A stretch of 40,250 nucleotides of DNA from Acidobacteriota bacterium (lineage in GTDB: Bacteria; Acidobacteriota; Thermoanaerobaculia; Multivoradales; JAGPDF01): NCBI GenBank assembly GCA_050258075.1, contig JBLMYC010000023.1:1-40250 (forward strand), read 5' to 3'. The notes under the pieces are model-generated. The model made no database searches, had not been told where the DNA came from, and saw only the letters and a list, made by a program, of their open reading frames with translations. The position numbers and the translations under genes are program-made. Of this stretch, positions 9,229 through 19,141 are shown one piece after another. Position 1 is the first letter of the stretch, and each line of letters starts with the position of its first letter.

Positions 9229-10583
9229 GCGGCGCCTCCGATCTCCCGCTCGATGGCGGACGCGAGATCGGCGGCGAGGGTCTCGATCAGGCCCTGCTCA
9301 GGTCCCTCGATCATGATGCGCGCCAGGGGCTCGGTGCCGCTGTAGCGCAGCACCAGGCGGCCGTCGCTGCCCAGCCGCGATTCGACCCGGTGCCGCGCGG
9401 CGGCGACCGCAGGCAACCCGTCGAGATCGGGCTTGCGCGCCACCCGGACGTTGCGCAGCAGCTGCGGAAAACGGCGGAAGCCGGCGAGCAGGGCGGACAG
9501 CGGGCGCTGGGCAGCGGCGACCACGGCGGCGAGGTGGAGGGCGGTCAGCAGTCCATCGCCGGTCGTCGCCAGCCGGAGATTGACGATGTGACCCGACTGC
9601 TCGCCGCCGAGTGACAGTCCCCGGCCGCGCAGCGTCTCCACCACCGCACGATCGCCTACGTCGCAGCGCACGACGCCGATGCCCTCGGCGGCGAGGGCGC
9701 GCTCGAGGCCGAGGTTGCTCATGCTGGTGGCGACGATCGCCGCCGGCTCGAGCTCGCCTCTGCGTCGCAGGGCGGTCGCCCAGAGATAGAGCATGGCGTC
9801 GCCGTCGCGTACCTCGCCGCATTCGTCGGCGAGGATCGCACGATCGGCGTCGCCGTCGAACGCGACCCCGAGATCGGCGGCGATCTCGCGCACCCGCCCG
9901 GCGATCACCTCAGGATGCGTCGAGCCGCAGCCGCGATTGATGTTGCGCCCGTCGGGCCGGTCGTTGATCACATCGACCTCGGCGCCGGCGTCGGCGAAGA
10001 GCGCCGGTGCGTGCGGGGTGGCGGCGCCGTTCGCGAGGTCGAGCGCGATGCGCAGGCCGGCGAGTGGCCGCCCCCCGGGCAGGGAGGCGAGGAGGTCGTC
10101 GAGGTAGACGCGGCCGGCGCCGACATCGGCGGCGAGGTCGGTGGACGCCGCGGACGGCGCGTCAGCGCTCGCCAGCAGACGGCGCTCGAGCTCGGCCTCG
10201 TCGGCCGGGCCCCACTTGAAGCCGGCCGCGTCGAACAGCTTGATGCCGTTGTCGGGATGAGGGTTGTGGCTGGCGGAGACCGCGACGCCGGCGGCGGCGG
10301 AGAAGTGGCGCACCAGCTCCGCGACGCCCGGGGTCGGCAGGACGCCGGCGAGCTCGCAGCGCGCGCCGGCCGAGGCGAGGCCGGTTGCGAGCCATTCCGC
10401 GATGCGCGGCGTCGAGTCGCGGGTGTCACCGCCGAGAACGACGAGCGGCGCCGCGGCCCTCTCTGCAAGCCAGCGGCCGAGCTCGCGCCCGAGCCGGGTC
10501 ACGGTCGCGCGGTCGAGCGGATACTCGCCGGCGACGCCGCGCATGCCGTCGGTTCCGAACAGGACGGGGCGGGGAGCGCTCAG
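9225..10583 (-). CDS. glmM: Phosphoglucosamine mutase
   Basis: FGTDGMRG, SASHNP, DGDADR, GGEQSGH and LRYSGTEP motifs. The conserved FGTDG lies upstream of the track's ATG 10544, so the start is extended to CTG 10583, which overlaps the cdaR stop. Confidence 0.93.
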   Translation of the reverse strand: MSAPRPVLFGTDGMRGVAGEYPLDRATVTRLGRELGRWLAERAAAPLVVLGGDTRDSTPRIAEWLATGLASAGARCELAGVLPTPGVAELVRHFSAAAGVAVSASHNPHPDNGIKLFDAAGFKWGPADEAELERRLLASADAPSAASTDLAADVGAGRVYLDDLLASLPGGRPLAGLRIALDLANGAATPHAPALFADAGAEVDVINDRPDGRNINRGCGSTHPEVIAGRVREIAADLGVAFDGDADRAILADECGEVRDGDAMLYLWATALRRRGELEPAAIVATSMSNLGLERALAAEGIGVVRCDVGDRAVVETLRGRGLSLGGEQSGHIVNLRLATTGDGLLTALHLAAVVAAAQRPLSALLAGFRRFPQLLRNVRVARKPDLDGLPAVAAARHRVESRLGSDGRLVLRYSGTEPLARIMIEGPEQGLIETLAADLASAIEREIGGAA

Positions 10584-11260
10584 GGCGACTTCTCGCGCGG
10601 CCGCGACTCGCCGATCGCGGGCGGCTGCATCGGCACCCGTACCGTCACCATGGTCGGGCGCAGGACCCGCACCAGGGGGTCGGGGCTGACGACCACCGCG
10701 GTCTCCTCGAAATCGAGCGCGTGGCCGTTCAGGTTGACGTTGCTGGTCGTGAGCCAGCGCAGGTCACGCAGCCGCGACTCCGGACCGCTGACCAGCACCT
10801 CGTCGGGCGTGATCGCGACCTCGCCGACGACCGCGCCCGCTGCCGGCTCGCCCATGAGCTTCACCTTGACCGGCAGCGACTTCTGCACCTCGCGGTCGAT
10901 CTGCAGCAGCAGGCGATTGGGCTCGATCGAGGCGACCTCGATGTCCTCCGGCACCACCACGTTGTCGGCGCTGAGCTGGACCTCGACCGGGCCGCGTGCC
11001 CCTTCGGGGACGTTGACCACGACGTCGACCGCGAACTGGTTCAGCGAGCGGATCCGGCTGGTCTTGCCGCGCAGGCGGATGCGCACGTCCTGCACCGGGT
11101 CCACCAGCGTCGTACCGGTGGGCAGGTTGTAGGTGATGGAGGCGTCAATGACCTTCTCGCTCTGCTGCTCGCGGCGCTGCAGGCTGACGAAGAACCACAG
11201 CAACAGAGCGATCGCCAGGGCCAGGAAGCGAATGCCCCACAGGCTGCCGCGGCCGTTCAC
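10580..11260 (-). CDS. cdaR: CdaR/YbbR-domain diadenylate cyclase regulator
   Basis: LALAIALLLWFFV anchor followed by YbbR-like beta repeats; sits between cdaA and glmM; GTG 11260 overlaps the cdaA stop. Confidence 0.85.
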   Translation of the reverse strand: MNGRGSLWGIRFLALAIALLLWFFVSLQRREQQSEKVIDASITYNLPTGTTLVDPVQDVRIRLRGKTSRIRSLNQFAVDVVVNVPEGARGPVEVQLSADNVVVPEDIEVASIEPNRLLLQIDREVQKSLPVKVKLMGEPAAGAVVGEVAITPDEVLVSGPESRLRDLRWLTTSNVNLNGHALDFEETAVVVSPDPLVRVLRPTMVTVRVPMQPPAIGESRPREKSP

Positions 11261-12045
11261 AGATGTGCCCTCCGCCGGACGCTGAGGTCGCGGACCAGAT
11301 GGTCGTACAGCCTGCCGCGCAGCGCCCGGTCGTCGAGGCCGCTCGTGATGCGGCCGTCGAACGCGATCGAGATCTTGCCGGTCTCCTCCGAGACCACGAT
11401 CGCCACCGCGTCGGTCTCCTCGCTGATGCCGAGCGCCGCTCGGTGGCGGGTGCCGAGCTCCTTCGATACCTCCGGATTGGCGGACAACGGCAGGAAGCAC
11501 GCCGCCGCCGCCATGCGATCGCCTTGGATGATCACCGCGCCGTCGTGCAGCGGCGTATCGGGGGTGAAGATGTTGATCAGCAGATCGTAGGAGATCGTGG
11601 CGTTCAGCGCGATGCCGTTCTCGACATAGTCGCGCAGGCCTTCGAGGCGCTCGAGCACGATCAGCGCGCCGATCCGGCGGCTGGCGAGGGTGGTGCAGGC
11701 GAGCACGATGTCGGAGAACGCGGTCTCCGGGTCGACCGCGGCGTGGCGGCGGCCGAGCGGGTTACGGCCGAAGCTGGCGAGGGCGCGGCGGATCTCGTGC
11801 TGGAACAGAACCACGATCGCGAAGGGCAGCACGATCAGGAACTTCTCCAGCACCGTGGTCAGGGTCTCGAGGCGCGCCAGCCGCGCCAGGTCGTAGACCA
11901 GCCCCACGAACAGGATGCCGAGCAGGATCTGCACGGCGCGGGTGCCTCGGATCAGCAGCAACAGGTAGTACAGGACCAGCGCCACCAGAAGGACGTCGAC
12001 CAGATCGCGCCAAGTGAGGAGCCGCAGGAGGACCGGGAAGCTCAC
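11257..12045 (-). CDS. cdaA: Diadenylate cyclase CdaA
   Basis: Three N-terminal TM segments, FQHEIRRAL, TPLHDGA and GTRHRAA; GTG 12045 overlaps the folP stop. Confidence 0.95.
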   Translation of the reverse strand: MSFPVLLRLLTWRDLVDVLLVALVLYYLLLLIRGTRAVQILLGILFVGLVYDLARLARLETLTTVLEKFLIVLPFAIVVLFQHEIRRALASFGRNPLGRRHAAVDPETAFSDIVLACTTLASRRIGALIVLERLEGLRDYVENGIALNATISYDLLINIFTPDTPLHDGAVIIQGDRMAAAACFLPLSANPEVSKELGTRHRAALGISEETDAVAIVVSEETGKISIAFDGRITSGLDDRALRGRLYDHLVRDLSVRRRAHL

Positions 12046-12947
12046 TCGCCGGCCTCGCTTGCGGAGCCGCCGATTGCCCGCCAGATCTCGAGGAACTGCA
12101 CGGTCTCGGCGACGTCGTGGACGCGAAGCAGCGCCGCGCCGCCCTCCACCGCCCGCGCCGCGGCGGCGAGGCTTCCCGCCAGGCGGCGCTGCGGCTCGGC
12201 GCCGGTCAGGTTGCCGATGAAGCTCTTGCGGCTGGCGCCGACGAGCAGCGGACGGTCGAGCGCGCCGAGGACGTCGAGCCGGCGCAGCAGCAGCAGGTTC
12301 TGCTCGGTGGTCTTGCCGAAGCCGATCCCGGGGTCGAGGATCAAGCGCTCGGCCGCGATGCCCGCGGCGGTGGCGCGGCGCATGGCGTCGGCGAGCTCGT
12401 TGCGCACCTCGCGCAGCACATCGGCGAACTGGATGTCGCGCTGCATGGTCGCCAGGGCGCCGCGCGAGTGCATCAGCACGACCGGGCAATGGGCCGCCGC
12501 CAGGGTGGCGCCCATCTCCGGGTCGGCGAGGGCGCTGACGTCGTTGACCAGGTCGGCGCCGGCGGCGAGCGCGGCACGCGCCACCGCCGCCTTGCGGGTG
12601 TCGACCGAGATCGGCGCGGCGGTGCGCACCCGCAGGCGGCGCAGCACCGGCAGCAGGCGGGCGATCTCCTCCTCGGCGGGGACCTCGCGCGCACCGCCGC
12701 CGTAGACCCCGCCGCCGGGGCGTGTCGACTCGGCGCCGAGATCGACCAGATCGGCACCCTGCGCCAGGAGCTCCATCGCGTGGTCGGCGGCGCGGTCGGC
12801 CTCCAGCCACAGGCCGCCGTCGCTGAACGAATCCGGAGTGATGTTCACCACCCCCATGACCAGGGGACGATGGCCGAGCTCGAGCGCGCGTCCCTGGGGG
12901 AGCGCGAGAGTCCAGCGGCGGGGCGGCGCGTCGATCAGCTTCGTCAT
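12042..12947 (-). CDS. folP: Dihydropteroate synthase
   Basis: MGVVNITPDSFSDGG, GAESTRPG, DPGIGFGK, SRKSF and LRVHDV motifs. Confidence 0.96.
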   Translation of the reverse strand: MTKLIDAPPRRWTLALPQGRALELGHRPLVMGVVNITPDSFSDGGLWLEADRAADHAMELLAQGADLVDLGAESTRPGGGVYGGGAREVPAEEEIARLLPVLRRLRVRTAAPISVDTRKAAVARAALAAGADLVNDVSALADPEMGATLAAAHCPVVLMHSRGALATMQRDIQFADVLREVRNELADAMRRATAAGIAAERLILDPGIGFGKTTEQNLLLLRRLDVLGALDRPLLVGASRKSFIGNLTGAEPQRRLAGSLAAAARAVEGGAALLRVHDVAETVQFLEIWRAIGGSASEAGE

Positions 12948-12949
12948 CG

Positions 12950-12986
12950 GCGGTCGGGCCCGACGCCGCGGCGTCGGGCCGACCGC
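12950..12986. repeat. Inverted repeat between ftsH and folP
   Basis: Perfect 24-bp palindrome GGCCCGACGCCGCGGCGTCGGGCC (12957-12980), extendable with one bulge to 12950-12986. Confidence 0.8.
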
Positions 12987-13036
12987 GTCGAGCCCGTCCA
13001 GTTTATCGGAGGGAAGGGGATTCCGGGGCGCGGCTC

Positions 13037-14977
<1,941 letters not shown>

Positions 14978-15018
14978 GTCGCCAGTACCCCTTCGTTGCT
15001 ACAACGCCCGAGCGGGCG

Positions 15019-15552
15019 TCAGGATTCCCTCTCGATTACGCGCCCGACGTAGGGAAGGTTGCCGTGCCGCCCGTGATACTTGAGCCCGTAGCCGACGAAC
15101 GTGCCGTGCCGCTCGACGATGAAGGCCGAATAGTCGACCGCGAAGCTGGCCCGGCGCTCGCTCGGCACGTCGAGCAGGGCCGCGAAGCGCACCGTCTGCG
15201 CGCCATGCTGGCGGAGCTGCTGCTCGAGGTAGACGTCGATCACGCCGGTCGCGACGATGTCCTTGAGCACCAGGAGGTTCTGGCCGGCCAGGTCGAGCGG
15301 GATGGGGAAGTGGATCTCGCGCGGGCCGCTGTCGTCGGGGGTCGTGTAGCCCACCTGGATGAACTCGAAGCGCAGCGGCGTCTTGATCGCGCGCAGCAGA
15401 TCGGTGAGGAAGAACACCGAGCCGCCGAGCAGTGACACCACCACCGGATCGTCCTTGCCGAGGTCGTGCTCGATCATGCTCCCCAGGTCCGCGACCCGGG
15501 CCGCGACCTGGTCGGCGGCGAACAGCGGCTCGATCCTCGGTGGTACGGTCAT
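15019..15552 (-). CDS. hpt: Hypoxanthine phosphoribosyltransferase-like protein with a degenerate active site
   Basis: Full-length HPRT-like sequence in the tilS-hpt-ftsH position, ATG overlapping the tilS stop. Motifs are altered: LLGG, KDIVATG, LLDV, GYGLKY, HGNLPY. Confidence 0.8.
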   Translation of the reverse strand: MTVPPRIEPLFAADQVAARVADLGSMIEHDLGKDDPVVVSLLGGSVFFLTDLLRAIKTPLRFEFIQVGYTTPDDSGPREIHFPIPLDLAGQNLLVLKDIVATGVIDVYLEQQLRQHGAQTVRFAALLDVPSERRASFAVDYSAFIVERHGTFVGYGLKYHGRHGNLPYVGRVIERES

Positions 15553-16895
15553 TCCGCCTCCAGCTCCGCCAGCCACGCCGTGCGCTCGCCGCGCAGGCGG
15601 CAGCGCTCATCGATCGTGATCCCTGGCACCCAGACGATCCGCCCTTCGACGATCAGCAGCGGGATCGAGTCCCGGCCCTCCGCGGGCACGTGGCGGTCGA
15701 TGAGGACGTCCTTCAGCCGACGCTCGCCTGGTCCGCCCAGAGGATGCAGCCGGTCGCCCGGCCGGCGGTTGCGCACCGTGATGGTGTCGCCCTCGCGCAG
15801 GGCCAAAGTCAAGCCCGCCCGTCGAGGATCGCCGGCGTACATCCAATCGTCGACGGGTGTCGGCCGCAGTTGCAGCCGGAGCCCGATCTCGGGGATCGCC
15901 ACGGCACCGGGCACCCGAACAGTATACGTGAACGGCGGGGTCGGCCTCGGCGGACGCCGAAGCTCGAGACGGTCGGGCCCGACGACCCACTGCCAGCCGT
16001 CTCCGCAGTGGCAGACGGCGCGCGCCCGGCGCTCGAGCTGGCGGGCGAGCTCGGCGCGGGCTCGGCGGCTGGCGGGGTAGGGGATCGAGGCGAGCCGGCG
16101 GAGCAGGTCGAGGGCGGGTTCGCGAAGGGCGCTCGGCAGGCGGTCGTAGCTTTGGCGGTCGACCGCGATGGAGCTCGGTCCGATCTCTGGCCGAAGGGCC
16201 TCTTCCAGGCGGCGTTCAATCGACCTCTGCGCTCCCGCTGCTGCGGCGGCGAGGTCTGCCAGCTTGACGGCGAGCGTTTCCGGGTCGGGGTCCAGTCCCG
16301 GCAGGAGGTACCTGCGAATCCTGCCCCTGCGGTTCGAGCCATCCTCGTTGGTCGGATCGAGCGTGGGCTCGAGCCCAGTCGGCGGCAGGGAAGCGAGGAT
16401 CTCCCGGCGTCCGAGCGCGAGGAGCGGCCGGACGACCGCTCCATGGCGGGGCCGGATGGCGCTCAGACCCGCGACGCCGGTGCCCGCGAGCAGGCGCAAG
16501 GCCACCGTCTCGGCCTGGTCGTCACGGTGGTGGGCCGTGGCGATGAGCGCGGCTCCGGAGCGCCGGCGCCGCTCCTCGAGGAACGCGTAGCGCACCCGGC
16601 GGGCGGCCGCCTCGACGCTCTCTCCGGCTCGGCGCTCGGCGTCCACCGGGCGGCGCTCGATCTCACACGGAATCCCCAACTCGCCGGCCAGGGCGGCGGC
16701 ACGCTCCGCGCGGCGGGCGCTGTCGGGGTCGAGGCCGTGATCGAGATGGGCCGCGGTGAGGTGCAACGAGAGGATGCTGCGCACCGTTGCCAGACCGGCG
16801 AGGAGTGCCAGCGAGTCGGGGCCGCCGGAGAAAGCCACGAGCACGCCGGCGCCGGGCGGCAAAGGGCTGACATCGCGGAAGAAACGCAGGATCAC
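15549..16895 (-). CDS. tilS: tRNA(Ile)-lysidine synthetase
   Basis: AFSGGPDS, HLDHGL, EAAARRVRY, TAHHRDDQAET and a C-terminal domain (RNRRPGDR...RDSIPLL). Start uncertain; first GTG outside the tRNA was used. Confidence 0.93.
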   Translation of the reverse strand: MILRFFRDVSPLPPGAGVLVAFSGGPDSLALLAGLATVRSILSLHLTAAHLDHGLDPDSARRAERAAALAGELGIPCEIERRPVDAERRAGESVEAAARRVRYAFLEERRRRSGAALIATAHHRDDQAETVALRLLAGTGVAGLSAIRPRHGAVVRPLLALGRREILASLPPTGLEPTLDPTNEDGSNRRGRIRRYLLPGLDPDPETLAVKLADLAAAAAGAQRSIERRLEEALRPEIGPSSIAVDRQSYDRLPSALREPALDLLRRLASIPYPASRRARAELARQLERRARAVCHCGDGWQWVVGPDRLELRRPPRPTPPFTYTVRVPGAVAIPEIGLRLQLRPTPVDDWMYAGDPRRAGLTLALREGDTITVRNRRPGDRLHPLGGPGERRLKDVLIDRHVPAEGRDSIPLLIVEGRIVWVPGITIDERCRLRGERTAWLAELEAE

Positions 16896-16930
16896 CGCGC
16901 AGAGCCGCTCGGTCGGAGCGGGCGAGGCGA

Positions 16931-17006
16931 TGGTGGCGGTGACGGGACTTGAACCCATGACCTAGCGGTTATGAGCCGCTCGCTCTAACCACTGAGCTAC
17001 ACCGCC
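16931..17006 (-). tRNA. tRNA with CAT anticodon (probably elongator Met; Ile2 not excluded)
   Basis: GGCGGTG/CACCGCC acceptor stem, AGCGG-CTCATAA-CCGCT anticodon arm, GGTTCAAGTCC, CCA end; G1-C72 is paired, so it is not an initiator. Confidence 0.93.
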
Positions 17007-17103
17007 GTTGGGCTGCATGCGGGTCGGAGGGACTGCCGAAAGGCGACAACGACAGGCTGCGCGCTCGCCTGCCCGCCGTGCGATTATATCCGAGGGCGGA
17101 ACC

Positions 17104-17283
17104 ATGAAGCGAGCGACAGAAGCCTGCCACCTCTGCGGCAAGACGCGCGAGGCAACCTACCTCTACAAGTGCGTCATCTGCCACAAGAGCTTCTGCCGGT
17201 CCTGCGGCGTGCGGAGCCACGGGAAGTTCTTCTGCAGCGCTCGCTGCGCCGACTACTTCTTCTTCGGCGACGAGGACGACTGA
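17104..17283 (+). CDS. Small Cys-rich putative zinc-binding protein (59 aa)
   Basis: MKRATEACHLC...CVIC...CRSC...FCSARC...FFFGDEDD; GAGGG RBS-like element; GC3-rich codons. Confidence 0.8.
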   Translation: MKRATEACHLCGKTREATYLYKCVICHKSFCRSCGVRSHGKFFCSARCADYFFFGDEDD

Positions 17284-17333
17284 GGACGCCCCGACCGCCG
17301 GTCGGGATGTCGTGCGCGGGTCGTCCCCGAGCG

Positions 17334-17666
17334 CTAGCGCAGCGCCTGCTGGCAGGAGCGGAACTGCCCGAAGAACTCGCGCATCGACGACGAGAGCGCG
17401 TCATCGTTCAGACGATAGACGACGTTCTGTCCCCGGCGCTGGTCGACGACGAGGTTCGCTTCCTTGAGCACCGACAGGTGGCGCGAAATCGTCGGCTGCG
17501 AGAGGCTGAAGTTGCCCACGATCTCGCCGACCGTGCACTGATTCCGCTCCAGCAGCCGCAGGATCTCCTGCCGCGTGCCGTCCGACAGGGCCTTGAACAC
17601 CTTGGTCATCTGCCGTCCCGGCCGCATGGTCACGACACCGCGCTGGATTCGCTCGCTCATTTCCAT
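17334..17666 (-). CDS. ArsR/SmtB family transcriptional regulator
   Basis: FKALSDGTRQEIL, LSQPTISRHLSVLKEANLV and RRGQNVVYRL; ATG 17666 has a GAGGGAG RBS (17609 is an alternative start). Confidence 0.92.
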   Translation of the reverse strand: MEMSERIQRGVVTMRPGRQMTKVFKALSDGTRQEILRLLERNQCTVGEIVGNFSLSQPTISRHLSVLKEANLVVDQRRGQNVVYRLNDDALSSSMREFFGQFRSCQQALR

Positions 17667-17714
17667 TTGTTCTCCCTCAGGGCCATCCACGGCACGAAAG
17701 GCTACGCGAACCAT

Positions 17715-17803
17715 AGTTGAACAAATGCTGAAATATGCGCATCAAATGCGTTCTCATGTGCTCAATTGGTGAGCATTAGTTTGCAAACTTCTCCATATTC
17801 AAA
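17715..17803. promoter_or_regulatory. AT-rich regulatory region with several inverted repeats upstream of the ArsR gene
   Basis: CGCAT-caa-ATGCG (17738-17750), TGCTCA-N5-TGAGCA (17759-17775) and the perfect palindrome AGTTTGCAAACT (17778-17789). Confidence 0.55.
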
Positions 17804-17836
17804 CCTTCGGCGTCGGGGTTGCCGGGGAAAATGGCA

Positions 17837-17872
17837 GCGAGGCCGCAGCGACGCGACTCGCTGCGGCCTCGC
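17837..17872 (-). terminator. Hairpin terminator downstream of sodA
   Basis: 15-bp perfect stem GCGAGGCCGCAGCGA / TCGCTGCGGCCTCGC with a 6-nt loop; followed by TGCCATTTT on the minus strand. Confidence 0.7.
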
Positions 17873-17893
17873 GGAAAGAGACGGCGGGCAGAT

Positions 17894-18499
17894 CTAGCCG
17901 CGGGCGCGGTGGAAGCGCTCTTCGACCGCCTTCCAGTTGACCACGTTCCACCACGCCGCGAGGTAGTCGGCGCGACGGTTCTGGTACTTGAGGTAGTAAG
18001 CGTGCTCCCACACGTCGACCCCCAGAATCGGCGTCTTGCCCTCCATCAGCGGGCTGTCCTGGTTGGGCCGGGGGAGGATTTCGAGCTTGCCGCCGGCTGC
18101 GACCAGCCAGCCCCATCCGGAGCCGAACTGTCCCATCGCTGCGGCGTTGAGTTTCTCCTTGCAGGAGTCGATGGTGCCGAAGGCCGAGTCGATCGCAGTC
18201 TTCAGGTCACCGGACGGGGAACCGCCGCCGGGGCCCATCACCTGCCAGAACAGGCTGTGGTTGGCGTGACCGCCGCCGTTGTTGCGCACCGTCGTGCGGA
18301 TCGCCTCGGGGACTCGGTCGATTTGCCGCAGCAGCTCCTCGACCGTGAGCTTCTGCAGGTCGGGGTGGCTCTCGAGCGCCTTGTTGAGGTTGTTGATGTA
18401 GGCCTGATGGTGCTTGGTGTGGTGGATCTCCATCGTGCGCGCATCGATGTGCGGCTCGAGGGCGTCGTAGGCATAAGGGAGGCGGGGCAACTCGAACAT
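17894..18499 (-). CDS. sodA: Superoxide dismutase (Mn-type signature)
   Basis: [26 protein letters not shown] and DVWEHAYY motifs. Confidence 0.95.
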   Translation of the reverse strand: MFELPRLPYAYDALEPHIDARTMEIHHTKHHQAYINNLNKALESHPDLQKLTVEELLRQIDRVPEAIRTTVRNNGGGHANHSLFWQVMGPGGGSPSGDLKTAIDSAFGTIDSCKEKLNAAAMGQFGSGWGWLVAAGGKLEILPRPNQDSPLMEGKTPILGVDVWEHAYYLKYQNRRADYLAAWWNVVNWKAVEERFHRARG

Positions 18500-18595
18500 G
18501 GGATCGCTCCTTTCTGCGAGGTTCCGCGGCGGTGAACGCCGTTCGCCGTCATTGTGTCACGAAGGGTCGGAACGACTGCCAGTAGGGCCAGGTCG

Positions 18596-18624
18596 TTGAC
18601 TTCGCCCGACGGCTCCCATACGAT
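18596..18624 (+). promoter_or_regulatory. sigma70 promoter of the tRNA-Val / tRNA-Asp / rpmG unit
   Basis: TTGACT (18596-18601), 17-bp spacer, TACGAT (18619-18624). Confidence 0.7.
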
Positions 18625-18642
18625 TGTTCGGCTCCGGCGGTG

Positions 18643-18717
18643 GGGAGGTTAGCTCAGTGGTAGAGCACCTGCCTTACACGCAGGGGGTCGCGGGTTCGAG
18701 TCCCTCACCTCCCACCA
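18643..18717 (+). tRNA. tRNA-Val (TAC)
   Basis: GGGAGGT/ACCTCCC acceptor stem, CTGCC-TTACAC-GCAG anticodon region, GGTTCGAGTCC, CCA end. Confidence 0.96.
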
Positions 18718-18759
18718 GGCTTGCCGTTGGGGGAGGGCGGCCGGAGCAGGAGACCTTGC

Positions 18760-18836
18760 GGGGTCGTAGTTCAGCTGGTTAGAACGCCGGCCTGTCACGC
18801 CGGAGGTCGCGGGTTCGAGCCCCGTCGGCCCCGCCA
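18760..18836 (+). tRNA. tRNA-Asp (GTC)
   Basis: GGGGTCG/CGGCCCC acceptor stem, CCGGC-CTGTCAC-GCCGG anticodon arm, G discriminator, CCA end. Confidence 0.97.
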
Positions 18837-18869
18837 TTTCGCAGCATCAAGCTCGTCGAGGAACGCAAC

Positions 18870-19025
18870 ATGCGCGAGAAGATCAAGCTGGTTTCGTCGG
18901 CAGGCACCGGGCACTTCTACACGGCGACGAAGAACAAGAAGGCGGGCACCGAGAAGCTGCGCCTGAAGAAGTACGATCCCAAGGTGCGCAAGCACGTCGA
19001 GTACGTGGAAGAGAAGCTGCGCTAG
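18870..19025 (+). CDS. rpmG: 50S ribosomal protein L33 (Cys-free form)
   Basis: Not in the ORF track; manual translation gives [51 protein letters not shown]; GAGG RBS. Confidence 0.96.
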   Translation: MREKIKLVSSAGTGHFYTATKNKKAGTEKLRLKKYDPKVRKHVEYVEEKLR

Positions 19026-19141
19026 CGGCCGGCTCTCTGTTGTGGTAGGTTCCTAGTCGTTCCTTCCGTCGCGGGCCCCTGCGGTCCGCGTGTCCGTTTT
19101 CGGCCATCATCCCCTTCTCCCGGCTTCGAAAGGAGCCGGAG

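Noticed and set aside
16896-16958. tilS start at ATG 16958 as given in the ORF track
   Set aside because: It lies inside the tRNA T-arm; not adopted as the start, though noted as a finding.
18690-18706. C-U mismatch in the tRNA-Val T-stem suggesting a pseudo-tRNA
   Set aside because: A single mismatch; all other elements, the CCA end and the promoter are intact.
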